From assembly GCA_963575745.1 (NCBI GenBank), contig CAUYUJ010000103.1, positions 124,001 to 188,000 on the forward strand: DNA of 64,000 bases, written 5' to 3'. A model generated the notes under the pieces. The model had not been told where the DNA came from. It made no database searches and saw only the letters and a list, made by a program, of their open reading frames with translations. This document shows positions 52,823 through 64,000 of this stretch, one piece after another; within the stretch, counting starts at the first letter, position 1; every line of letters starts with the position of its first letter. Source of the stretch: Prorocentrum cordatum (Eukaryota). Position numbers and translations under genes: made by a program.

Positions 52823-53819
52823 TGGTCGAAGACCGTTCGTGCCACATCCGCCGGTGTGGGTTCTGTCACTCGGTCGGAGGAGGAGGAGGAGGAGGGGGAG
52901 GAGGGGAATGAGGAGGAGGAGGAGGAGGAGGAGGGGAGGATGAGGAGGAGGAGGAGGCGGAGGAGGAAAAGGAAAAGGAGTAGGAGGAGCAGGGGGGGAG
53001 GGAAAACAGGAACAGGGAGAGGAGGAGGAGGAGGAGGAGGAGGAGGAGGAGGAGGAGGAGGAGGAGGAGGAGGAGGAGGAGGAAGGGGAGCAGGAGGAGG
53101 AGGAGGAGGAGGAGGAAGAGGACCAGGAGGAGGAGGAGGAGGAGGAGGAGGAGGAGGAGGAGGAAGAGCAGGAGGAGGAGCAGGATGCGGAGGAGGAAAA
53201 AGCCCGCTCGTGCCACATCGCTGGGGGGCTCTGTCATTCGGTCGGAGGGTTAGCAAATACTAGTAAAACCAGGTTTTGCAGGTCGGAGGGTCAGCAAACA
53301 CTGTTAAAACATGGGTTTCAGGGGTTTCAGGCTTTGGGGAATCTATGCGCGCCTTGGTGGATAGATGCGCGCCCAGGTGGACGGATGCGCAATAACCAGA
53401 AAATAACAAAAACAACACCTGAACCACATGTTTTGTTACAGTGTTTGCTGACCCTCCGACCCGAAACACTTGCTTGCTTAACAATGTGTGTTAACCCTCC
53501 GACCGAATGCCAGAGCCCCCCTAGCGGATGTGGCACGAGCGGGCTTCCTCCTCATCTCTTGTCCTCCCCCCCTCCTTTTCCTCCTCCTCCTCCGCCTCCT
53601 GCTCCTCCTCCTCCTCCTCCTCCTCCTGCTCCTCTTCATCCTCCTCCGCCTCCTCCTCCTCCTCGTCCTGCTCCTCTTCATCCGCCTCCTCCTCCTCCCC
53701 TCCCTGCTCCTCTTCTCCCTCCTCCCCCTGCTCCTCCTCCTCCTCCTTCTCGTAAGCGGGCGTCCCCTTCTCTGGGTCCCCATGATGTCGCGAAACACGG
53801 AGCGCGGAACCAATCAAAC

Positions 53820-53841
53820 CTTGAGCCAACTCATTCACGGA
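53820..53841 (-). other. Degenerate full-length spliced-leader relic (copy 2)
   Basis: TCCGTGAATGAGTTGGCTCAAG, 15/22 identical to DinoSL, with exact first 5 and last 10 nt. Confidence 0.6.
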
Positions 53842-56402
53842 TGGTCGAAGCCCGCTCGTGCCACATCCGTTGGGAGGGGGCTTTGTCATTTGGTCGGAGG
53901 GGGAGGAGGAGGAGGAGGAGGAGGAGGAGGAGGAGGGGAGGAGGGGGAGGAGGATAGGATGAGGAGGAGGAGGAGGACGAGGAGGAGGAGGAGGGTGAGG
54001 AGGAGGAGGAGGAGCAGAGGGAGAAGGGAGAAGAGGAGCAGGGAGAGGAGGAGGAGGAGGCGGATGAAGAGAAGCAGGACGAGGAGGAGCAGGAGGAGGA
54101 GCAGGAGGAGGAGCAGGAGGCGGAGGAGGAGGAGGATGAGGAGGGGGGAGGAGGACGAGAGATGAGGAGGACGCCCGCTCGTGCCACATCCGCTGGGGGC
54201 TCTGTCATTCGGTCGGAGGGATAGCAAACACTGTTCAACACATGTTTTTCAGGTCGGAGGGTCAGCAAACACTGTAACAAAACATGTTTTTCATGTTTTT
54301 CATGTTGTTGGCATCTACCCACCTGGGCGCGCATCTATCCACCTGGGCGCGCATATATCCCCCAAAACTTGAAACACCTGAAACATATGTTTTTTACAGT
54401 GTTTGCTGACCCTCTGACTTGAAACACCGGTTTGTTTACACCAGATTCTCTACATCTGGTTTGACAAGAGGCGCCACGAGCGCAATCGAAAGGACGAACT
54501 GAATTGATCAGGCACTCCTCATCCTCCTCCTCCTCCTCCTCGTCATATGTCTTCTTCCTCCTTCTCCACCTCCCCCTCCCTCCTACTCCCCCTCTTCCTT
54601 CTTCTATTCATCCTCATATTCCTTCTCTTCCTCCTTTTTTTCGCGTGTAGTTTTATCGGCGCCGTGCTTCTCCGCAGCCCACCCATGTGCAGAAGGCGCA
54701 GGCTGCGACCGTTCACGAGTAGTTTTTGTCGGCGCCTTGCTTCTTCTGGAAAAAACACCCAAACCGCCCAGGCCTACATCGAATCTGCTTCGGGAGGAGG
54801 GAGGAGGAGGAGGCGGAGGAGGAGGAGGATTCCTTCTCGGCTAAGATGCGCCCAGTCGGCTCTGCGACGAGGCCCTCGCTTGTGACTTGAGTATATGTGC
54901 ACCACTGGCGAGCCATAGTGTAACATTGAGACGAACAGGCCCACGAGAGAAGACGGCAGGATAGATGAGAGGGAGAGAGGGAGAGAGAGAGAGAGAGAGG
55001 GAAACGCAACGAGGGAGAGGACAACAGATGAGACAGAAGCTGAAACGGACGCGCTGGGCAAATATGTATGGAATACAAGGCTGGAGGAAGAGAGGCAGTA
55101 TTATACAAATAGGGGGGATGCTGGCGGGGACCCAACTCTGGCGGGGCATTCTGCGCTTGCCGCTGCACTCAAACTTTCGATGCAAACGGCCTTGTTGTGG
55201 CCTAGGCCGTACTTCGCGCCAGTTGAATTCACCAGTGGCCTTGCTTGAGAGAGCTCCCGCCCCGAGCTGATCTCTGCTACCCGGCGTTTCCTCCCCGCCC
55301 CCCTGTCGGATGGAACTTACAAGCCTGAACGCCCTGACCGTGGACATGGCGACCTTCAGTCGCGAGGAGGAGGAAGAAGGGAGTGGCGATGGACTGGCAT
55401 GCTCGAGATTCCACGGCACAGGGGGTAGGAGCGGAAGGAGGAGCGGGAGGATGAGTGGGAGGAGGAGGGCATGGTGAGTGTGATGAGGAGAGGGAAGGGG
55501 AATGACAAGGGTGATGATGTTGTTGCTGATGATGCTGATGATGATGCTGATGATGATGACGATGAGGAGGCGGAGGAGGAGGAAGAGGAGGAGGAGAAAT
55601 AGGAGGAGGAGGCAGGTGTGGAAAGGCTCCGTTCTGAGGGTCGACAGTGAGAAGGAGCAGCAGGAGGATAATGGCCAAACTGTTAGATGAGGACTTCTGG
55701 GGAGCTATCGGGGCGGTCCCAATAGGCGGGGGACGAGGAAGATGATGGGCGGCACTCCCAGCCAAGCACTGGACCCCGAGCGCAGCGACCGCGAAGTAAA
55801 GGGTGGTTGGCAGTTTGAGGGTGGGCTGGACGGACGTTCGCGAGATGCTCTGATACGCATTTTTTTACATACCGAGGGGCATGATTGGACACTGCATTCA
55901 GTAAGCGGGCAGGTGCAGAAGGGCTTGAGACCTTCTTCCAGCTTACGCTCTCACTAAGAGCCTTACCAATCAAATCGCTATGGGACAGACAGCCACGATG
56001 ATGGCCGTTACAACGACAAGGCATATGGAGAATTTGCCGCAACACGCGCAGCAGCTAATGACAATAGCGGCTGTAGCTGTGATGAAGTTGCGGCAGGCGT
56101 TGGACTCACTGAAGTGGAGAGAACAGGAAAACACGATGACTTGATTGTCGAGCTCAGCGACGGTGTGCAAGCGATGGGTGCCTGCCACTGGTGGCATATC
56201 CAACCCCTCCCCGGAACGATTCTGATGGCTGAGGCTGATATTGTGATGTGTACCACAGCTAGTGCCATGCAAGCACTGAGTCATCCTCGAGCAGCGGTGC
56301 AAGCTTCTATGATTTTTATACACAGATCTGTGAGCACAGCAAGCGGTATCCACACTTCTACGCAAATATTCCGCATCACTTGTAAGGTCCACTGGAACAC
56401 TC

Positions 56403-57262
56403 TATGATCGCATGTGCTCTAAAGTCTGACAGACTGTGTCCTGCTTGTTGGTCCTTGCGCTCGCGCTCAAACCGTTTGCTTTCAGTATGGCCTTGATCTT
56501 TGCGCCTGTCACTCCGGGCTCATCTGCCAGAGATGCTGCCTATTCAAGGTCGGTCTTCGGCCACTCGGTCATGTTCGAGTTCGGGCTCAGGGCATCGAGC
56601 ACCTCCTGGCAGACCATGTGCTTTTCGGTGTCGGTGTCCTTGGCCTCGGGCAGCTTCAGTTTTTTCTTGGGGTTCGCTTGGGCCAGTCCGGCGGCCGAGC
56701 TCGGGCCGTCATCGCTCGAAAGACCATGCTTCTTCCGGAAGCGCCTTGCTTCGTCGATCTCCTTCTCCTTCTTTTGGCGCTTCCATGCTTGCTTCATGGA
56801 CCTTGCAATATTGGCCATAAGCGCATGCTGTGGGATCCATCCTTGTCGGACGAGGATGTGGCGCTCGAGGGCATGGATCCATCAGAGGTCGAACTGTCAC
56901 AGTTCTGCACGGCACGGAGGCTGGCCTTAGTGAAGCCGAACTTCTTTGACCTTGCCCTTGCCCTGGATTATTTTTTCTCTTTCTTCTCATGCTTGCTGCT
57001 GCCGCTGCGGAAACCATCTTTGTCACGGCTTTGGTGGTTCTTTGCTATCCCAGCAATCATGCTCTCCTGTTGCTCTGCTGCTGCCTGTGCCTCCTCACGT
57101 TCATGGGAAAATGCATTGGCTGCTCTCTCCGACTCCAGCTCCGAGAAAAGAAAATTATTCATCCTGTCGGAGCCGGCGGCTTCTCGGTCGTTCTGGTAGT
57201 AGTTGCTCTTGCTCTTCCCATAGCCTTTGCCTCAGCCGCGGTGGCGACCGCGATAGAACATG
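56403..57262 (-). pseudogene. Degenerate Lys/Glu-rich ORF of unknown origin with possible SAP/HeH-like C-terminus
   Basis: Collinear fragments 56968..57162 and 56540..56818 with stops and one frameshift; read-through gives VTGAKIKAILKANGLSASARTNKQDTV. Confidence 0.35.
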
Positions 57263-58298
57263 CTAGCGAGACGTGCACGCAGGAGTGCGCGGCTGATATG
57301 AAAAAACGCAGACGCAAAAACCAAATGGCTATGGCTACATGTTCGCCCGGGTCGCTCGGAAGATGGATGTGAACGTATTGGCGATGAAGGCGTGGGTCAG
57401 GTAGGAGGGAGGTACGGGGCTGTGTCTGTCGTGCGCCACGTTGCCTGCAAGCGGTACGCCCTTAACAATTGTGCTGAGACCTTTCCCCACGTGTCGACAT
57501 GCCGAGAGAAACTCGCTGCGGTGTCGTCTCGGCACCGATCGGAGCACATTTCACACCGAGTGCATTGGCCAACCGAATTTGAGAACTTCGCACACCATGT
57601 GTGTTGCGAACGCCTGAGCGCGTGCGAAATCTCCATTCGCAAGGGCGTTGGCTGACAGATGCTTCTCAAGCAGAGTGAGGGGGAGGGGTGGGGGAGGGAC
57701 AGGTGGGATGATGACGATGATGGTGGTGATGGTGGTGATGGTGGTGGTGATGGTAATGATGATGGTGATGGTGACTGTGATGGTAATGAGAACAAAAATA
57801 TTAATCATGATAATGATGATACGGATGCTGATGATGATGGTGATGATCATGAAGATGATGTTGATGATGGTCGTGGTGGTGGTGGTGGTCATGATGCTGC
57901 TGCTCATGATGATCAGTTTGAGGATGATGATGATTTGTGTTATGCTGCTGATGATGCTGGTGATGATGATGAATATATGGTGATGATGATGATCGTGGTG
58001 GTGTTGGTGGTCATGATGCTGCTGATGATGATGATGAGTATGATGATGATGATGATTTGTGTTATGCTGCTGCTGATGATGATACTTGTGGCGTTGGTTG
58101 TGCTGGTGGCGGTGGTTATGATCGTGATGCGTATCGTGTTCACCATGATGGTGGTGTTGACGATGGTGATGGTTGTGATGGTTCTGATTGTTGTGGTTAT
58201 GGTGTTGGTTTTGTTGATTGTGATGGTGGTGGTGACGACGATGAGGCGTGTGATGATGGTGAAGATGATGTTGTTGCTGCTGATGTTTAGGATTCGGA

Positions 58299-59530
58299 TT
58301 ATCCGTAAGGGCTTCGCCCCCTGCCGCCGGCCCCCTCTCTCGGAGAATGGGCCATGGAAGAGCTAAGTCATGAGGCCTTGGCGCTGTCGTGAAGCAGTAT
58401 CGAAACTTCATGCGAAGCCGATTCGCAATCAGCAAAACCAACTGATCACAAGAGGGGTTACCACACCTGGCGATTGGTAAGACGTGTATGGTTTACGGGC
58501 TTGGTTACCACACCTTGCGATTAAAGGGCCGAGGGAGTTCTCGCAGTTTGGGTTATCACGCCTTGCGATGGATGTGCGTGAAGGGTGGCACCGAATTTCA
58601 GAAATGTAGCAAATCCCTTGTGTTTTGGACCCTGACCCCGCGGATCTGCATGAGGGGTGGCACCGAATTTCAGAAATGTGGCAAATCCTATGTGTTTTTG
58701 GACCCTGACCCCGCGGATCTGCGTGAGGGGTGGCACCGACTTTCAGAAATGTGGCAAATCCTTTGTGTTTTTGGACCCTGACCCCGCGGATCTGCGTGAG
58801 GGGTGGCACCGAATTTCAGAAATGTGGCAAATCCCTTGTGTTTTTGGACCCTGACCCCGCGGATCTGCGTGAGGGGTGGCACCGAATTTCAGAAATGTGG
58901 CAAATCCCCTGTGTTTTTGGACCCTGACCCCGCGGATCTGCGTGAGGGGTGGCACCGAATTTCAGAAATGTGGCAAATCCCATGTGTTTTTGGACCCTGA
59001 CCCCGCGGATCTGCGTGAGGGGTGGCACCGAATTTCAGAAATGTGGCAAATCCCATGTGTTTTTGGACCCTGACCCCGCGGATCTGCGTGAGGGGTGGCA
59101 CCGAATTTCAGAAATGTGGCAAATCCCTTGTGTTTTTGGACCCTGACCCCGCGGATCTGCGTGAGGGGTGGCACCGAATTTCAGAAATGTGGCAAATCCC
59201 TTGTGTTTTTGGACCCTGACCCCGCGGATCTGCGTGAGGGGTGGCACCGATTTCAGAAATGTGGCAAATCCCTTGTGTTTTTGGACCCTGACCCCGCGGA
59301 TCTGCGTGAGGGGTGTCGATTTCGAGCCCCCCCAGCAATTCAGACAACGCGCCCAGGGGGTGCTAAAAATGCCGGTTTGGGCCTCCCCCCCCTCGCGCGG
59401 TCAATCAACTAGTTACAGTAACCAGCAATAAGCAGAACTGTAACACTGGAAACTACAAGCTACAACTGGTACAGGAAACTGCGAATCCCGCGCCTACAGC
59501 CTGGTGGCCCCACAAGGGGGCCGGCGGATT
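58299..59530 (+). mobile_element. Second-family Helentron/HINE-like element carrying a 73-bp minisatellite
   Basis: Subterminal IR CCGCCGGCCCCCT (58324-58336) / AGGGGGCCGGCGG (59515-59527), 3' hairpin GGCCCC..GGGGCC, ends ATT, begins at TT; splits a (GAT)n tract. Confidence 0.7.
58575..59316. repeat. 73-bp minisatellite, about 10 copies
   Basis: Unit GAGGGGTGGCACCGAATTTCAGAAATGTGGCAAATCCCTTGTGTTTTTGGACCCTGACCCCGCGGATCTGCGT; ORF starts recur every 73 nt. Confidence 0.97.
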
Positions 59531-60915
59531 ACGATGATGTTGATGATGATGCTGATGATGTTCATTATGAAGAATATGATGATAATGCGGATGCGGATGC
59601 TGATGATGATGATGATGATGATGCTGATGATGATGCTGGTGATGCTGCTGCTGATGATGGTGATGATGATGATGATGATGATGGTGCTGTTGCTGATTTG
59701 GAGGATGAAGAGGGTCGTGATAATGATGATCATGGTGATGGTGAGGATGCTGATGATGATGGTGGTGGTGATGATGATGAAGATGTTAATGCGGCTGGTG
59801 ATGATGATGGTCGTGTTGATGATGATAATTGTGCTGCTGCTCGTACTGATGATGATGATGGTGGTCGTGGTGATGATGATACTGCTGCTGATGATGACGA
59901 CGGTGACGTTGGTGACGACGATGATGATTCTGGTGATGCTGCTGCTGATGATGATGATGTTGATGATGCTGATGATCATGATGATCATGATGATAGTGAT
60001 GATGATGCTGATGATGACGACGATGATGCTGATGATGAGTGTGATCATGATGATGGTGGTAGTGGTAACGATTGTGATGATGATGCTGATGATAACAACA
60101 ATAATTATACTTTTCATGATGGTGATAGGGATGATGATGTGGATGATAATGATGGTGATGCTGGTGATTGTGATGATGATGATGATGTGGTTGATGATTA
60201 TGATGCTGATGACGAGGATGAGGACGATGATGCTGATGATAATGATGGTTCTGCTGATGATGGTGATGATGACGATTGATGATGATGCTGGTGATGATGA
60301 TGATGATGCTGATGATGATGATGGCGGTGGTGGAGGTGGTGGTGGAAGTGGCGGTGGTGATGATGCTGATAATGATGATGATTGTGATGGTGATGATGAC
60401 GACGATGATGATGACGATGATGATGATTATTGTGATGGTGATGGTGATGGTGATGACGATAATGATGATGATGTTCATGATCATGATCATGATGCCCATG
60501 CTGATGCTGATGCTGATGCGACTGATGATGATGATGATGACGACGATGACGACGATGATGATGATGCTGATGATGATGATGATGATGATGATGACGATGA
60601 TGGTCGTAGCCCAGTTGGCCTCACCAGCGGCCCTGTTTTAGATCTCGCCCCGAGCTGATCTCTGCTACCCGTCGTTTCCTTTGGAGGAAAAAGGAATGAC
60701 GATGGACCGGCATGCTCGAGATTCCACGGCAGAGGGGTTGGAGGGGAAGGAGGAGCGGGAGGAGAAGTGGGAGGAGGAGGGGGGGATGGTGAGGGTGAGG
60801 AGGACAGGGAGGGGGGATTACGAGGGTGATGATGATGATGATGATGATGATGCTGATGCTGACGCTGATGCTGATGCTGATGCTGATTATGATGATGATT
60901 ATCATGCTGATGCTA

Positions 60916-60946
<31 letters not shown>

Positions 60947-61589
60947 GGATGATGATGATGATGATGATGATGATAATGCTGATAATGCTGCTGATGATGA
61001 TGGTGATGATGATGCTGATGATGCTGATGATGATGATGACGAGAAGGAGGAGGAGGAGGAGGAGGACGAGGAGGATGAGGAGGAGGATGAGGATGAGGAT
61101 GATGATGACGAAGACGAAGAGGAGGAGGATGAAGAGGAGGATGAGGAGGAGGAGGAGGATAAGGATGAGGATGAGTAGCGTGATGACGAGGAGGAGGATG
61201 AGGAGGATGAGGAGGAGCAGGAATACTATTTATATTTTAGTAGTAGCAACAATGTTAGTAATACCAAGAATGCTAATACTAATTGTTGTACCACTAATAA
61301 TTTGATTACGTAGAAAATGCATGAATAACATGCAGCATACTACTCAGACTGTTAAGACGACGCCTAGTAGTGATAATACGAACATACATAATCATACTTC
61401 CACGATTACTAAAACTAAGACTAACAATCAGACCAATCAGATGCATCATAATACTGTTTAATAGCAGTAAGGACTATAATGATAATCCTAATGAAATCAT
61501 CGATAACACTACCATGGCTAATGCGAAAACGAATAATGATTATAAGAGGAGGATGAGGAGGAGGAGGAGACGATAGCTTTCTTCTGCAG

Positions 61590-61672
61590 GCACGACGCGC
61601 GGCTCTCGGCGCCGCTGCCTCGGCCGCACTGCTCGGCGTGGGGGCTGGCGACGTGAGAGCTTTCGACGCTTG
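61590..61672 (+). CDS. Exon: twin-arginine-like thylakoid signal and mature N-terminus
   Basis: Acceptor TTCTTCTGCAG|G; ARRAALGAAASAALLGVGAGDVRA-FDAC; donor position ambiguous. Confidence 0.6.
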
Positions 61673-62043
61673 CCGGGACCGCGGGGGGCGCGCGCAGGGG
61701 GGCACCCAGAGAGGCCCCGGCCGCCCTGGCCCTCAGGAGTCTGCGCCAGCCGAGCCTTTGGGGAGTGTTCTCGGATTGGGAACGAGAGTGGGGGAGGTTG
61801 GGGGACGGATGGTGAAGGGGAGAGAGAGATAGAGGAGGGGACCAATTATTCACGCTTCGCCTCAGGAGGGGCAAGAGCAGGATGTGGAGAATGGGGGAGG
61901 AAGTCCCTCTGCCCTCTCTCTTTCTCCCGCTTTCCCCCCCCCTTCCGCCCCTCTGCTCAGCGCTCCCCTCTGCTCGCCCTCTTCTCTCCCGCTCTGCTCC
62001 CCCCTCCTCCTCCCCCCTCACCCCCCGTGGCCCACCCACGAGA

Positions 62044-62096
62044 GCGAGGACGGCGCCAACAACTGCTTCTCCACGCTCAACAAGGGCGGCAACAAG
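62044..62096 (+). CDS. Exon of DUF1499-like protein
   Basis: EDGANNCFSTLNKGGNK then AAG|GC donor; with the previous exon gives C-x6-C-F-S-T, like the C..NCVSS start of DUF1499 proteins. Confidence 0.6.
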
Positions 62097-62353
62097 GCGA
62101 CCCCGTGGTCGGGCGGACCCCCCCCTGAGGGTTATCGCCGGGGGGGGGCCCTTCCTGGGCAGCAGAGAGCTGGTCGGGCCGACCAGCGATCGGCAGTTTC
62201 TGGGTGTCTCGTTAGGTTTTGTGTGTTTTGCAGTCTTTGTGCTTTTGCCTGTTTGTCGTTTTTTTGAGCGGCTGTCTCCTGGGGAGGGGATTGCTCAGCT
62301 GTTCCCGGGACCCCTGGGCCGGCCCTCGGCGCGCGGCCGCGGCGGCCGCGGAG

Positions 62354-62437
62354 GTGGCCCCGTGGAAGTGGCCGGCGGGGCAGAGCAAGGCCGACGCCGT
62401 GTCGTCGCTCACGGAGGTGCTGAAGGCGTACCCGCAG
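62354..62437 (+). CDS. Exon of DUF1499-like protein
   Basis: AG|G acceptor, 28 codons VAPWKWPAGQSKADAVSSLTEVLKAYPQ, CAG|GC donor, very high GC3. Confidence 0.7.
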
Positions 62438-63062
62438 GCTCGTGGGTGGGTCCCCGAGGGAGGGGAGGGGAGGGGGGGTGGGAGCCGGCTGGTGGGCTGA
62501 GGTGGGGCATCATCGGTTTCAGCAGTTAGACGGGGGCAGGTGCACGATTTCACAGAAGCTTCGTTTCCTGTCCCCCCTGGGCCGCCTTCTCAAGAAGGGC
62601 ATCGGATTCCGCATTTGCCCCCTTTCCCTTCTTGACTGGTTTTGATGATGTCCATCTAGCGCAGGCGCCCCAGTCGCTTCCAAGAGAGAGAGGAAGGATC
62701 GAGTGTGGGATTCGGGGGGGAGGAAGGATTGAGCGGGGAGGGTCGGATTGAAGGGAGGGGATGGAGAAGTGGGAGGATAGGCAAAGGGGATGCGCAGGCG
62801 CAGGAGGAGGGAGAGAATGAGGAGGAGGAGGAGGAGGAGGAGGAGGAGGAGGAGGAGGAGGAGGAGGAGGAGGAGGACGTCGAGTAGCACCACGCGGTAG
62901 GCACCACGAAGTAAGCACTTGCACCATCCGATATAGCTGGGGAGTAGTTATCAGCACAAGCAACTGCGTCCCATGCCCATCTTCCTTTCAGTTTCCACTC
63001 TTTTGTCTCGCACCCTGACCGCGCCAGGCTTGACCCCCCCCTCCTCCCCCTCCGCCCCACAG

Positions 63063-63176
63063 GCAGGCCAGGCCGACGTCGACAAGGGGGGCTGGAAGAT
63101 AGTGGTGGACGAGCTGTCGAGCAAGGGCTACGCAAGGGTCGAGTATACGTCTGGCAAGGGGAACCTCGCCATGTTC
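63063..63176 (+). CDS. Exon of DUF1499-like protein (3' boundary uncertain; gene probably continues beyond the window)
   Basis: CCCCACAG|G acceptor, AGQADVDKGGWKIVVDELSSKGYARVEYTSGKGNLAMF in phase with the previous exon. Confidence 0.7.
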
Positions 63177-64000
63177 CCTGGGAGGGCTTCTGAGGACCTG
63201 GCGCTCGCTTGGGTCACCGACCAATGTCAACTAGTGGGGCTCTCGCCAGGGCTTGGCTTTTCCCCTTCCCACTCGAAGCTTCCCCCCCCCCTCGGGAAGT
63301 CGGCGGGTTTTGTTTTTTGTTTTCCCCCTCCCTCGCGAAGGGGGGGGGTCGGGCGTGCGGGTGGGGGTCTCGAGGCTGCCTCGATCCTTTCTGTGTTTTT
63401 ACTTCGAAGTATTTGTTTTTTTTTCCCCTCGGGGCTTCCCCTCCACTCGGCGGAGGGGGGGCAGCGAAGGCGAGGGCGGGGGGAAGCGGCGGGCGGTGGG
63501 CAGATCGGTAGTTCAACAGGGATCGTAAGGGTTTTCTCTCGTGCAGCGGGATGCTGTTGAGTAGATGGGCGGGGTGTTGGACACGCAGGCTGCTGCGTGT
63601 CGGGCTTGGTGCTGGAGACGGATACTGTTGAGTAGATGGTGTGTGTGTGTGTGTTGAGAAGGTGGCGAGGCGAGCGGCGGGCGGCGGGCGGTCGGCGGGC
63701 GGCCCTGATGTATAGGGGCTTGTCGAAGACGTCTATGGCGAATCACCGCCGCCCTCTGCCTTTTAGGATACGCCTACGCGGCCAAACGTTTGAGCAATGT
63801 TTGGCCACGCTATTGGACCATGCGTTCTCGCAGCCGTTGTGGAAGCCTCTCGGGGAACACGCGTGGGAGGAAGGGGAGGGTGAGGAGAGGGAGGAATAGG
63901 CGAGGATGAGGAGAAGGATGAGGAGGCCTCTTGGGAGCTTATTGGCTTAGTATTGGGTCCTCCTGGGAGCCTCCTCCTTGGGGCCTCTTGGAACCCTCTT

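Larger units (their letters stand above)
47041..54785. mobile_element. Foldback/long inverted-repeat element with internal palindromic duplication, interrupted by a LINE
   Basis: 47041-47078 is inverted at ~54750-54785; 47318-47680 is inverted at ~54150-54520; extra inverted pair at 53203-53330 / 53440-53550; (CCT)n/(GGA)n tracts mirror each other. Confidence 0.8.
57705..61220. repeat. Long degenerate (GAT)n/(GAG)n microsatellite field (interrupted at 58299-59530 and ~60605-60825)
   Basis: Direct inspection; source of poly-M/D/I/H ORFs. Confidence 0.95.

Noticed and set aside
52631..54334. Pro/Gly/Glu-rich extensin-like ORFs
   Set aside because: (GGA)n/(CCT)n tracts of the foldback repeat.
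58575..59316. tRNA gene cluster or CRISPR array (73-bp unit)
   Set aside because: No acceptor stem, T-arm GTTC motif or spacers visible.
57551..61305. Poly-Met/Asp/His/Ile proteins
   Set aside because: (GAT)n microsatellite translations.

Overview
Repeat-dominated, GC-rich eukaryotic DNA, very probably dinoflagellate (relics of the 22-nt dinoflagellate spliced leader, GC-AG introns with AG|G acceptors, a LINE carrying a cytosine-methyltransferase-like domain). Bases 1-~34.8 kb are a tandem array of ~15 composite 1-2 kb units with a degenerate (ACG)n core, followed by GC-drifted older copies to ~40.2 kb. Nested in the array are a 5'-truncated, decayed minus-strand LINE (4.7-11.0 kb; APE endonuclease, RT, C2H2 fingers, C5-DNMT-like domain, then a peptide resembling the RPA32C-binding motif), Helentron/HINE-like non-autonomous elements carrying minisatellites, and a TIR element with a 9-bp target-site duplication. 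The right half holds two more decayed LINEs, each starting at a spliced-leader relic, a foldback repeat with embedded full-length leader relics, long trinucleotide microsatellites, and short exons of a probable plastid/thylakoid-targeted DUF1499-like host gene whose first intron may span ~14.7 kb. Almost all long ORFs in the six-frame track are artefacts of stop-free repeats. Domain calls rest on motif recognition by eye and need HMM confirmation.
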